From: Nemertoderma westbladi
Lineage: Eukaryota; Animalia; Xenacoelomorpha
Reading direction: 5' to 3'
Assembly: GCA_032718475.1 (NCBI GenBank)
Contig: JAUCBJ010007194.1
Span: forward strand, 53,027 to 117,026
DNA: 64,000 nucleotides
In this document: piece by piece, positions 1-12,184 of the stretch
Position numbering within the stretch: position 1 is the stretch's first letter
Layout: every line of letters begins with the position of its first letter
Program-made: the position numbers and the translations under genes
The notes under the pieces: generated by a model
Databases searched by the model: none
Told to the model about the DNA's origin: nothing
The model's input: only the letters and a program-made list of their open reading frames with translations

Positions 1-586
1 TCCCTAATTCAACCGACATCTAGGGACTCCCCAACTTAATATCGTTCGGAGTGGGCGTGTGACTCTATTATTTTATATTATTTTATTATTTTTATATTTA
101 TGTATGTATTACTATGTAATTTTATTATAATCGTTTTATTTAATTTAGTAGAATATTATTTAGCGATTATTTAGTAGAATAGTGCAATATATTAGTGTTT
201 ATTACGTACGTAATTACTTATATTATATTTAGTGAGACGGCGAAGAAATAATTATTTTTTCTCTTTCCTTACTGTCCGTATTATATTATAAATACGTAAC
301 TACAGTAAGATGAAATGTCCGTACTTATTAAAGTACAATAAAGCCACTACTATATTAAAGTATTATTGGTAGGCAGAGTATTAGGAATGCAAAGTTCAGA
401 TCCTCGTGTCTCGGCTAAACCAAGCTCTGGGTAGACCTTGGAAACGACTTGCCTCTTCACACTGACATTGCTTCGTGCGATATTGCTCTCATACCGTATA
501 TTAAATAATACATATAGTAGCGTGATGTCCCTTTAACAGTAGCGTATAACGCGAAATAAATCTGTTAAACCCTTTGACCATCTGTA

Positions 587-860
587 ATTCTAGTCGATTA
601 AGATATCGTGGCACCCACCGATATACTTGAAAGACAAATTCTAGAATCAGTGGTTAACGTCCCCAGACAAGTTCTGGAATATACTGGTGCCCATCCTAAA
701 TATTAATTATTAATATTTACAAAAATCTGTCAAATATCAGATCCTTTAAAATTCTAGTCGATTAAGATATCGTAGCACTTACCGATACTCTTAAAAGGAC
801 AAAATTCCTAGAATTAAGGATCCTATGTCCCCAGACCTGCCTTGGAATCAAATTGTGTCA
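587..860 (+). repeat. Tandem duplication in the family-1 3' non-coding region
   Basis: The unit TTCTAGTCGATTAAGATATCGT..ACCGATA..AAGACAAATT..TAGAAT occurs at ~587 and ~751. The same duplication is seen at ~19140-19435 and ~48930-49230. Confidence 0.8.
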
Positions 861-1677
861 ATTTAACATTAAATAATAAAATTTACGGGAATGAATTTAA
901 ATTCATATATTTTAATGAATTTAATAAATTGCAATTTTATGCAATTTATAACATTCCCAAAATTCCATTAATTAATAGATCATGGGAGCGGAGATTCACT
1001 CTATTAAGTGTATTTGTGTGTGAGAATCTCCAATGTATAGTCAATAGCCGATAAAATTCATAGAATCATGTATAAAGGGGATATTGACCATTAAAGAATT
1101 ACTATTAAATAGCATCCCAGATCTGTATGCATGAGAATTACCCTAATTCTACCGCTAGCTTTACATAATGTCACCATAGCAACAACCACGCTAGAATTAG
1201 AATTGAGTTAAAAGAACAATAGAAAGCTTGTCCCATTGAATAGCATAGGAAATAAATAGTGCACTGATAGTATCCAAGGATACATAATAATACAGTGACA
1301 TTCTGGAAGGCATTGACTAACGGACAAGTGACCCGAGTGTGTGTAATTTGTGACAAGTTGTGTGTGTGGTATTTGTGAGTTTATAGGCGAATGTTACTAC
1401 TAAGGTGTGTTTACAGTAGCGAGTCGCAATTGTGAAAGTAACCCTAACTCTCCAGTAAGAACCTGAGGTGTATCTAAGCCTTTGGGACGGACAGTCGAGT
1501 GACTTGTACCGGTTGTCGTTGTCGTTGTGCGGCTACGTCGTTGGCGAAAGTATAGCGGCGACGACACATCGGTGCTGAGGATCTCGCACTGTCCGGGGGC
1601 GGATTGGGGTAGGCAGCGACGCTCGCTGGCCTAAATATAAACTCATTATAATATTAATAAACTCATATATAGCAGAT

Positions 1678-3011
1678 ATGACGGAGTTGATAGAAGACGG
1701 TCTTGGTATCAGGGAGCGATATAATCTACTTTCAAGCGTTTGTTGATAGCTTGATAAGCGGTGATACTAGTCCAACTACTACGAAGGATGATGGTTGATG
1801 GTTGTTATATCGAACCTACGATTTCCTGGAAGTAACTTACGCGTGAATTGGACTATGGAAAATTCACCGCTCGCTACACGCATTGTAATGGTATGTATAT
1901 GGACTTCTTAACCATTGACCATTCTATCGGTTTACACGATACGGACTATGTCGAACATATCCTACCCAGAGGAGTCGAAACGATAAACCAAAATTCTAAT
2001 GCGAAAATCCTATTCGAAATCGACTCGAAAGAAAAGACATTAAAGAAACAAATAAACGCGGTAACTCCAACATATATTTGGAATTCTTGATAGAAGCATT
2101 GTAACAACAAATAAATATCATCCGCGTTTCCCCTACAAGACGTGCGTCTTTGGTATTATTACGATAAATGCCCTAGACCCAGCCAATAAACGGAAAGACA
2201 TAAACATCCACGGAAACGTTGTGTTAAACACAGTTGTGCTCGTTATATTTACTGGAGTTTCGAGCGAAACTTGTTTGACATACAACCTATGCTCACTCGG
2301 CTCGAACGATCCTGGAGTAAACCTACGATCAGAGTCCCGGAATACTCGGTCAAACCTCCTCATTCCTTAGTTGGACCTCAGACCTGCGATCCTGGTGGTG
2401 TCGCGGATCCTCGCGGACGGTATTCACTGTTCAAGATCTAGTGCTACCCTAACAATTAATCGGTAACACTCCGACAGTGATTTCTAGCTAGCCGCCCATC
2501 TTACCTAGCCGGATTATGACGCGGACACCTAATATCACTATCCAACCGTATGGTCGTCCCGTTTAACGCGATACAACCCTTCATCAAGGTGAAGGAGAGC
2601 GTTGTACGAAACGAGTTAAACGCTATTCTATAAAGATCAAAAAAGAAACCTGCGTTTGTTCAGATAAACGTAAGTTATAACAGTAAGTCCAATCGATAAA
2701 CGAATTGGCCTTATCTCAGTTCGATTGGGAAATCTCGAATCTCAAAGAAGATATCAAGCTTAGAAAACCCTATTCTCTGCGAGAGTTTTGGACGAACGTA
2801 TCCCATGACAAGCGGAGGAAAATCAGCTCGAGGAGAAGCATATCGAAATGGACGAGACACCGACCGTAAACCCAAACCTTCTAATGCAATCATATTGCAC
2901 CCTTCACCCAGGAGTTATGGCCCTCCTAGTAAAGTGGCTCCCCCCAAAGAGAAAAAGACTCTTGCTAGCCTCAAAAAACTGCGTAAACGCCGTCTGCGCA
3001 AGAAAGACTAA
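1678..3011 (+). pseudogene. Decayed extra 3' ORF of family 1 (unknown protein with a basic C-terminus)
   Basis: Begins ATG ACG GAG TTG ATA GAA GAC (MTELIED) and is homologous to the ORF pieces at 45498-47046(-). Ends ..LASLKKLRKRRLRKKD*. Contains frameshifts and stops. Confidence 0.55.
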
Positions 3012-3089
3012 CTGTTTAGAGTATCTTTATATTTTAGAAACTGTGATTTGTTATATTTTATAGACTTAAATCCCATTTTCTGGGAGCGG

Positions 3090-4320
3090 TGTAAAAGCTT
3101 TTGCGTAATTAGCCGGTTATTATCCCCGTAAAGTACTCTGTGGTTGGTTTACCAGGCATAAAAAGGCCGTGTCCTTGCTGTACTGGTGTTTTGGAGGACA
3201 TAAAAGCCATTTCTTCTGTATTTGTACTTTAGAGGACATAATCTGCAATTTCATGACGTAAAAAGCTCGATACTCTTGAAAACAGTGTCGCTACCATGAC
3301 GACGGCTAACGGCTGATATTGCCACGTTGCAGCTTTCTGTATCTGCCAATAGGATTTGAGTTGGTTTTGATTTCGACCTATCACAGATCTACTGAACTGA
3401 ATTTCCTATCTTTATGCTCATTCTCTGTGGTGGGTGGAAGCCTTTGTAAATAAGGTTATTCTTATCAGTGTTCAGTGTTATGTTTTTGCCCAGAGCCTAA
3501 GAACCGGCTTTTGGCACCTCCGTGTTTCAGTCTTTAGTCTTACATTAGTAGGCTCAATTATAGAACGTATATCTGTTATCTTAATTATCTTAACTTCTTA
3601 ACCACTCACGAGTTACACAAGTTAACTCATTCACTTAATAATCATTTATACATTAATATTACTGCTTTTACTGTCGGTCATTCATTATATTGGTTGATGA
3701 AATATTATATCGGAATACTGATCAATAGTCAGACACCCCACCTTCTTGATATACTAAAGGTTAGAGAGACCGGTTACAGATAAACGATTGCGACCTGTGT
3801 TGAGTGGTTTGAAGTGAATCTAATGCTATTTCATATGCCCAACATAAATTGTCTGTTGCTCTCTTTATACGTGACCAAATTTAGTGAAGGTCGGCAGATT
3901 AGTGTGCAGTATTGTGCAGCATTGTGTATGAGTGTAACTGATAACAAAACATCTCCTAAAGAATGTGCCATATACGTGAATCTATAGCCTTTTCGTTGTG
4001 ACTAGTTTAAGTCATAACTCTGTTTATATAGATAGAGCGCCACGTCCTAAAGGAACTGTTAATATTTCCCGAAAGTGAATAATATTTGTCAGAGATTATA
4101 TATCACGATCAGTCGAATAATACAGTAGGCTTACACCATCAATCATTAAGCCCCGAACTCAGTCTCCCGGGTATATCCAACGGGTGAATGATTGCGCATA
4201 GACTGGCTTCGGCTAATGTAGTGTATCAAATACTCGTCATAGGCTAAAGACTATCTATCATCCAAAAGACATTCTAATTTTGGCAGGTTAAACTGTCAAA
4301 GGTCTTTAAAAGCGCAAACA
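3090..4320 (+). repeat. 3' LTR of family-1 copy 0 (~1.23 kb, TG...CA)
   Basis: TGTAAAAGC...GCGCAAACA. Homologous to the LTRs at 15729, 26717, 44249 and 59221. Confidence 0.93.
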
Positions 4321-4841
4321 GATCAGTTTATAAGACAACTTCATGTCTACGGAATGAAGACGGGACTCGAATAAGCGACTCTGCGGTCTTTGCGGGATTA
4401 CACGGAATAGACTTATCGGTCATCGGAGATCTTCAAAATGTATAATCTCCAGTTCTAGTGGTCGTACGAAGTTCGTTTTAGGCTCATTCGAAAGCTCTTT
4501 TCTTAGAGAACAAAGTTACCATTTGATTTAAGACAAAATGGTTCTAAAGCAACATAACATGAATTTTGATAAAATATGCCTTGCAAATTTTGTTCAAGAT
4601 ATGATTGCTCCGGCACCTTTCAAGAGTTTGCCAAACCAAATGGTAACTTTGGTCTCTGAGAAAAGAGCTTTCGAATGAGCCCTAAACGAACTCCGTACGA
4701 CCACTAGAACTGGAGATTATACATTTTGAAGATCTCCGATGACCGATAAGTCTATTCCGTGTAATCCCGCAAAGACCGCAGAGTCGCTTATTCGAGTCCC
4801 GTGTTCATTCCGTAGACATGAAGTTGTCTTATAAACTGATC
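4321..4841. mobile_element. Foldback/MITE-like DNA element with ~210-bp inverted arms; left end truncated by the LTR insertion
   Basis: 4321-~4530 is the near-perfect reverse complement of ~4632-4841. Related sequence probably continues to ~5140. Confidence 0.75.
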
Positions 4842-5196
4842 AGTAGGTCCAATAATCATAAAAAAATACCTTCTCAATTAAAATTTTGTGCTCTTTCTCG
4901 TGGAGACATCCAATTAGCACCACTGAGCACAGAAATTTGCAGAAATTGAATGCAAACCCCAAACTTTATCGCCTTACCGATATCGCGATATATCGGAGCC
5001 AGTCTCTTCTATCCCAGATATCTCGAAAAGTAAGCAATATATAGGAAAACGGTTTCCATACTTAGATTCAGCATGAAATTCTGCATCAGATAGGATATGT
5101 TTCAAAAATTCGACTTTTTGGTCAGAAAATGCGCTACCCCCCCAATTGGAGTAACTCGGTCTTATCATCATTCATCTTTAAGGGGGGGGGGGCCCC

Positions 5197-6083
5197 CTTA
5201 AAGATGAATGATGATAAGACCGAGTTACTCCTATTGCAGAATCGTTTCGGATGCCACGTAGTCCCTCCGACAGTTCAATGTGGTGCTGACACAATAGTGA
5301 CTAGCACGCATGCACGCAATATTGGGTTTGTTATGGACTCACACTTAACATTTTCAAAACAAATTGCAGCAACAGTACGTGATTAATTTTTTCAATTACG
5401 TAATATATCAAAGATAAAACGGTATTTGTCAAGATACGACCTCGAAATATTGATCCATGCCCTAGTGACAAGCAAACTGGACATCAGCAATTCCCTCTAG
5501 TATGGTCTGCCAGTTAAGTTCATAAAGAAATTACAATACGTACAGAATGCGGCAACACGATTGCTGGCTGGTACTAGGAAGAGTGATCACATTACTCCAG
5601 TCCTTAAAGACCTGCATTGGCTTCCGATTAATCGCCGCATTCAGTTTAAAATAGCTCTACTAACATACAAATGTCTTAATGGCTGTGCTCCATCATATTT
5701 GGTAGACCTACTGACGCCTTACGACCCCTCTCGCCAGCTACGATCCCGTGATGCAGGAATGCTTGCTAGTCGTCCCCCGGTATCGCCTGGAAAACTATGG
5801 GTAACGGACATTCTCCATCGCTGCTCCTACAGTATGGAACACTCTACCCCTCAACATACGACGTTCGCCAACATTAAATGCCTTCAAGACGGGACCCGAA
5901 ACACATATTTTTAAACAGGAATATGTCATCTAACTCACAGAGAACATCTCTTTTTAACTCTTTCCTTTTTTTAGCGTTGTCTTTGTTTTTAATTCAGTAA
6001 ATTTTATATTGTGATATTTTTATAGCGCCTTGAAATAATGGCCAGAAAGGCGCTCTATAAATTATTATTATTATTATTATTAT
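5197..6083 (+). mobile_element. 5'-truncated L2-type (CR1 group) LINE: ORF2 C-terminal part, 3' stem-loop and (ATT)n tail
   Basis: Reads LKMNDDKTELL..RNIGFVMDSHL..KKLQYVQNAATRL..DHITPVLKDLHWLPI..RIQFKIALLTYK. AGCGCCTT..AAGGCGCT hairpin, then (ATT)n at ~6061-6083. Stops and frameshifts present. Confidence 0.9.
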
Positions 6084-6088
6084 AAATG

Positions 6089-6622
6089 CGTTGAAATCAT
6101 GTAAGGAATGGGGAAAGAGGTCGAACTAGTGTAATGGGTTTATACTCAGTTGGCTGGTAGAAATGTTCCAAACGCTGTAAGGAATGGAGAAATTGGGTGA
6201 ATTCATGTAAGGGTTATTATACCAACAGTATTAGAAGAGTATACTTAGACTAACATGTGGTATTATTCTAGGCAGTATAACATTGGGATATGGTTTATAC
6301 GGGGCTGTATGAGTAAGCTAAAACAATTAGAACATTAGCTATACTATTGTCTAGGGATACATTCCTTTGATTGACATTGTTTTTGCCGTGAGGATCAGTA
6401 TTGATCGGGAAACTCAAGGAGAAAATGGTGTGAAAAACGATTCCTTATACAACATTAGTTCCTCTCTAAATACATGTATACCGCTATTTTTTACTATTTT
6501 TTACATTTTTTTTAAGTCACCTGACAATGAACCGTTTAATAGGCAGATACCAGCCAACTGAGTATAAAACCCTTACACTAGTTCGACCCCTCTCTCCATC
6601 CATTCCTTACATGATTTCAACG
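6089..6622. mobile_element. MITE-like element with ~70-bp imperfect inverted ends
   Basis: CGTTGAAATCATGTAAGGAATGG..TATACTCAGTTGGCTGGTA versus TACCAGCCAACTGAGTATA..CCATTCCTTACATGATTTCAACG. No clear TSD. Confidence 0.65.
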
Positions 6623-6746
6623 TCCAATCAAATAATATCTCATTAACCAATCCCATGTGTTAATGCAAGAGGTGTTCCTGGTATTGTAAGGATTGGGAAT
6701 ACGCGCCCTGGAAGGATCTAATTTCCACTGACCGAGCTCGCTCGAC

Positions 6747-7258
6747 CTAGTAAGAGTAGTACGAACAGGCAGTACGGAGGGTAGAGGTTAATTGGTTGCG
6801 GTAAGTAGTAAAAACTAAGTGATTATTTTGAGAGGGGTTTTTAATATAGGCACGGTACAGTTTATTTTTTGTAAGGGTACAGTTAATTAGGTTTTCGGTC
6901 ATCCATGGTTTAAGTGGAATGGAATGAGGGGGGACTGCGGTACGGGGGACGTGTCTAGAACTTTGTAAGCCTTGAGAACATAGAAGGACATTGTAAAAGT
7001 TGTCGAATTTATCGGAAGTGCTCAAGTTATTAGTAAAGGTACTAGTGCTCAATACAGATAGATTGAAGTTTGAGAAATCGAACTTAAATGTTTGTTTAGG
7101 GGCAATGGAAGAAGAGGAGTATTTTTCGAGAATAACAAAGGTGGGTTGGTGGTCGCTGGTGCCAATTTTACAAGAAATTGTAACGGGATTAGTTGAGTAA
7201 GTTGTGATGTTAGTAAAGATATGGCCGATTAGTGTTTCAGAGTGAATGGTACGACCTG
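6747..7258 (-). pseudogene. Degraded CR1/L2-group LINE ORF2 fragment (end of APE endonuclease plus linker)
   Basis: Reads LIGHIFTN..GTSDHQP (APE SDH motif) and KPWMTENLINCTLTKNKLY..YRNQLT. Confidence 0.75.
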
Positions 7259-7451
7259 TAAGTTCACAGTGAAAATTCGAGTAGGTCGATTAAATAATTC
7301 TCTCAATTAATAATAATTATATTATAATTATACAATTATCACAATTAATCATTTATAACACCATTGATCAAATCATAATTAATTAATATTATTGCACACA
7401 AGAATGTTAGGAATAGCACGACTTAGGATATAGGTTACCCTGGAAGGTGAG

Positions 7452-10400
7452 TCAGTATCGCCTTGCGAGCCCCACCCCACGGATCCCAGCCCCATCCCCA
7501 AACCCTAACCCACGCCACGGACGCCGCCCACCACGGAGGCAGAGGGAGTTGGACCGGAGGAGTGCGAATTGCAGCCGCCGGCGAACACCCCCCAGCACGC
7601 ACGCGAGGCCCCTCTCCCGCATACCATCTCGCCTTGCCACGAGTGACTCTGCGAGATGGCGGATAAGGATCTGGGCCTCGGTGCACCAGACACCGTCAGT
7701 GGTGCCGACCAGGGGGGTGAAGGCCATTCTCCGGTCCTCGCAGACGGTGCTGTAGTGGCGTTTCTTATGCCGGCACCGCTCCTCAAGCAGTGACTCGGTC
7801 GAACGGTTGGCCTGGGCATACGAGGTGGCGTCAGCGTTAATTAACGAAATATCAAACGACGCCACCCATTGATTGGCCCTGACCCCCCGAGCAACCAAGT
7901 CAGCTCGCACTCCCCCTACTGCCCAGCCATCACGGTCCAAATGACCTTGGGCAAGGGTCACCTCTCGTTCCACGCTCGATGGCCCAACCACCGAGGCCAA
8001 CAACTCTCCAAAGACCTCTCGCACCTCATCATGGCGCTTAATGATCAGCCCGCCAGACTTGCAGCTCAGTGCGTGTGAGGTGGAGAAAGACTCCCCACAA
8101 CCCTCGCACTTTGCTGGAAGACCTGGCGGGTCAAGGCCATAACGGAGAGCCAGGTTGTCCCTGAACTAATCCGGGCTGAGGTCCGTATGATCAAGGGCTG
8201 ATGGCTGGGCCGTCAACCAACCCCCAGTCTTGTTATTAACGGTTCGTTCCACCGTTCGCCGATGTCTTGTTGGGAGTGCCACCACTGCAACCTCCTGCTT
8301 CTCCTTGTACAGGATGTCCTGGGCAATGCGGCTCTCCTTTAGGACCTCTGATAGCTGAGCGTTGTGGTCGGGGACGTTGAGGGACAGTCCCGAAAGGTTA
8401 CAATCGATGTCCCGCGGGTAGATGTGTCCCGAGCTGGGCCCTTCCGCATCAGCGGGTCCCGCAGACCGACTCCTCCATGCTGCGCCGGGAGGAGAACGAG
8501 ATCCTCGTCGGCCTCGTTCAGGCGGGTTCCGAAGAGCGCAGGGATGTAGGTCTGCAGCAGCGCCGTCCGGATAGGGGCGATCTCACTGTCCTCCGTAGGA
8601 ACAACCCGAAGGAGGTAGTCCCATTCGGCCTGAACACACCGGGACATCCCGGTGTGCGCGGTCTGGGGGTACACTTTGCCCACCTCTGCGAGTTTCCCAA
8701 CATTCGACACCCAGCCAGACACCTTTTTGGCTACGAACTGTTTCCTCCCCGACGCTGCCCCGATATAATCACCCAGGAAACGCTGACCGGAAACAACCTG
8801 GATCCCCCATGGCCCGAACATCGCACGAGCCTCGACTTCGAACTCAGGTTTTACCACCAGGAAACTCTTGGGTGCCTCTGGGTTATAGCCTATCTTAGGG
8901 CCCTCCTGGCAGAGTTCGCGCCACCAGCACCACACCCCGTACAGAGTGCCAGCCGACGAGGCATCGTCGGCATACCAGCACTGGCGCTGTGATGGGGGGC
9001 TAGGTGATGTAGATGGCTGGGGGCCGGGGTCCGGTGGCGGACCGTGGGGTGGCGACGGCTGTGGGCCGGGGTCAGGTGGCAGACTGCAAGATAGCGGCAT
9101 CTGGTGGCCGCGGTCCGGTGGCAGACCGTGTGGTGGCGATGGTTGAGAACCCGGGAAAGGTGGCAGACAGTGAGGAGGAGCCGGTTGAGAACCGGTGTCA
9201 GATTGGAGACTGCGATGTGGCGACGGTTGGGAACCGGTGTCCAGTGGCAGACCGCGTGGTGGCGACGGTTGAGAACCCGGGACGGGTGGCAGACCGTGCA
9301 GTGGCGACGGTTGAGAACCGGGGTCAGATGGCAGACTGCGAGGTGGCGACGGTTGAGTACCCGGGTCAGGTGGCTGACTGCGATGTGGCGACGGTTGGGA
9401 ACCAGTGTCCGGTGGCAGACCGTGCAGTGGCGACGGTTGAGAACTGGTGTCCGGTGTCACACCGTGTAGTGGCGACGGTTGAGAACCGAGGTCAGGAGGC
9501 AGACTGTGAGGTGGCGACGATTGACCCCGAGTCCCGTGCAGCAGTGGAGACAGAGCACTGGGGGTGTGCAAACCTGGGTCTTGAACAGCCCGCAACCTCC
9601 TGATCATGGGGAGAACTCCACACCCATAGCCTAGCATAGCAGCTGGATCCCCCTGGGTCCACCCTTCCTGGCTCCACAATGGCTGGTCGCTGCCGTCGAG
9701 GAAGAGAGCCGCGTGGCCATTATATGAATTGAACAGGAAGCGCGAGGCACGATGCCAAAGAACACGGCAGTTCCAGAGTGCAACAGGGCGACTGATGCTA
9801 TTAAAGGCGTTGCGAGCATCGACAAGCAACATCGCCTCGGTCCCGTTTTCCTCAAAAATTGAGGACATGGCGTGAATGGCCCCTTCAATCCCGGCTTTGA
9901 CACCGGCACACAATTGGTCTGCCCCGCACTCTTTGGAGATATCCGCCTTCGTTTTCAACGTGGTGCAGTTGGAAAGGAGACGATATAGCACCTCACCAAC
10001 CCCAATGGGGCGGACACCGGGCTCCTTGTCGAGTGCAACAAGCCGACAGGCCCGTAGGGCCCTAATCTCACCCCATGGGACAATGGTGTTAGCGAGGCGG
10101 CGACATAGTCCAGCAACGGCTTCACGGAGGCGAGAGCTGTGCGCCTCATAGCGTGTGAGGATTGCGTGCCAGAATTCGGCGTCCCCGCCGATGGGACCGG
10201 CACTACCACAGAGTTTCCTGGCAACCTTTAAAACAGTCTGTCCTGTAACATCCAGGCCCTCAAGGGGAGGGAGTTCGTTGCAGGGTTCGAGAGAGTCTGG
10301 GGAGGTGGGCATCTGAGGCGGGTGTTTCAGCAGGAGGACATCCCGAACCGTCACACCCTGTGGCTGACCCTCCGCCTGTGCGTTGGGGTCAAGGACACCC

Positions 10401-11281
10401 CCGCAGTCCCGCTCAGTTACCATCCGAACTGCGGCCCGGTTCATGCCAGCGAGAATTTTTCGGTTGAACGACCGAGCCAAGTCCGGTGGGGGTAGGTGAT
10501 CACCAGACGGGAACTTTGTGTTGCAACGTGTGGCCTCGTTTATTAGAGTATCGAACTCACCACGCTCCCACATGTCTATTCGACGCAGAATCGTCCGCCT
10601 GATATCCGGAGTGTTGACCACGTCTTTATCTCGTTGGAAGATGGTAGCGATAAAGCAGAGGGGGCGCTCGGATGGGTGCGCCCCCTCCGTCAGGTTGTCC
10701 AACTCCCTTGTGAGGATGTCGACCACCTTGCGCCCCACGTTACCGCCAGGAACAATGTAGCGACGGCTTGGTAGAAGAGCAAGACGTGCATGGCGAGCCT
10801 CCCAAACCGGATCGGTAGATGAGCCTGGAGAGTTTACCCAGGCACCCCCAAATGCGTCTTCCAGCATCCCTGAAATAGCAGAGGTGGTTGCGCTCGTGGT
10901 TTCATCGATTAAGGAGGGGCTTATAGCCGTAACACCGCTTGGGGAAAACATGAGCGATCTGAGTGGACGCACAGTACTGGCGGTTGAGGTGGAGTCATTG
11001 TCCGAATCGCTGCTGGTACTCGGGGAAAGTTCGTCGAATACGTTAGAGCAAACAACCCCGGTCACTTCGGCTTGCACCGCTGTAGAACGGGCGGGAATAG
11101 AAGAAGCCCTAAAGGGGTTTCGGCAGCCCCCAGAGTCGAGTTTGATGCAGTTCCGACACGGACGCTCCGCCCGGACACAGCCGCATTGTCCACCCCTAAA
11201 GCCACCACCGTGGGGGGTGCGTGGGGCGCACTCACGGGCCACGCAATTACAACAACGTTGCGACCCTTGAGACATCACCAA
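7452..11281 (-). mobile_element. CRE-clade non-LTR retrotransposon (RT plus restriction-like endonuclease), near full length but disrupted
   Basis: N-terminal Cys cluster. RT motifs RLVALDK..GVRPIGVGE, LLVDARNAFNS, QGDP and WYADD. C-terminal CxxC..HALSC..RH knuckle and RADL..FD..KKRHY..FTPLV RLE motifs. Frameshift near 8390 and stop near 8166. Confidence 0.9.
8990..9545 (-). repeat. 42-bp coding minisatellite (~12-13 units, PPDPGSQPSPPHGL-like) inside the CRE RT domain
   Basis: Repeated GGTGGCAGACCGTG..GTGGCGACGGTTGAGAACC unit, in frame between QGDP and YADD. Confidence 0.92.
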
Positions 11282-11504
11282 GGATATTATTATAACAACA
11301 AGATCCCAAATAATTGTTACATTTATTGGGCAGTTTAATATGGCGCCAGGCAGTCTGGCAGTTCATCGGGTGCAGTACAGCAGTATTATACAGCAGTAGT
11401 ACAGCAGTATCCAATGTAATGTTCTCAATTGAACCTCAATACATTGGTTGATAATTCTTTCAATTTTTCAAAACTTTCCTTGTATCCTGTAAGAATCTCC
11501 TTTA

Positions 11505-11700
11505 ATTAAATAATTGAACGAAACCATAAGAAGTCAGTAGATCGATATAGGAAGATGAATCAGTGTTCGGTTGAAGTAGGTTAAAGTTCATATCACCAGT
11601 TATAATGATGTCAAGGTTATTTTTAGAAAGGTTAGAAAGGTTGAGTCCAGTACTGTTAGAAATTCAACGTGAGCTACAGAGTCGGGGCGATAGATTTTGT
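11505..11700 (-). pseudogene. APE endonuclease fragment of a LINE, probably the upstream part of 6747-7258
   Basis: Reads IYRPDS..IIITGDMNFNLL..DLLTSYGFVQL. Confidence 0.65.
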
Positions 11701-11763
11701 CGACAAGCCGGTACAGCATTCTTAAATATGCAGGTGCAATGCAGCATGCCGATCGTCGTAGTA
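11694..11763 (+). mobile_element. Short RTE 3'-end fragment
   Basis: Matches 48052-48120 (GACAAGCCGG..GCAGCATGCCGATC..TAGTAG tail). Confidence 0.75.
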
Positions 11764-12184
11764 GGCACTTAATACGGCATACACCATGTCCGAGAATAAG
11801 TGTTATACAAATTTTAATGAGATTGCATGAAATTTGAAACAGAGTTAGTTTCATCTCCCTCCTCCTTACTGGGTGAGTCTAGAACATATTTTTGCTTTCA
11901 TTCTTTAGCTACAAGGGTTTGAAAAAGGTGTCTCAGGCGATATTACACCAGTTACACCGCTGTTATTCTTGAATTTTATAGTGATTTGTTCGTAGCAATA
12001 GAATGCAATAGAAAGGATAAATTGCATGATAGATAATAAAGTGTCAATATTATACCACAGTACGGGGTCGCACTGTGAAACACCCTGATTACTTTTATTA
12101 AACCTATAAACTAATTAGTTATTTTTTCGCGACATTTCCAGTAGCGAAGGGGGGGGGGGGGGGGGGGGGGGGGTTTGTGAATAT

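Larger units (their letters stand above)
1..4320 (+). mobile_element. Bel/Pao LTR retrotransposon family 1, copy 0: pol C-terminus, ~3 kb 3' region and 3' LTR (5' part lies outside the window)
   Basis: Reverse-complement match to 15729-20030 and 44249-49830. Starts with the pol end (..SLIQPTSRDSPT*). The purine-rich tract TGGGAGCGG precedes TGTAAAAGC at 3090. Confidence 0.93.

Noticed and set aside
1436-1460. Branch point plus splice acceptor (CTAACTCTCCAG) upstream of the family-1 extra ORF
   Set aside because: The CTAAC-to-AG spacing is too short for a typical animal intron, and the site is altered in copy C.
7255-11493. CCTGTAAG as TSD of the CRE element
   Set aside because: The 8-bp match exists, but rejoining does not restore a convincing LINE frame and the CRE ends are undefined.
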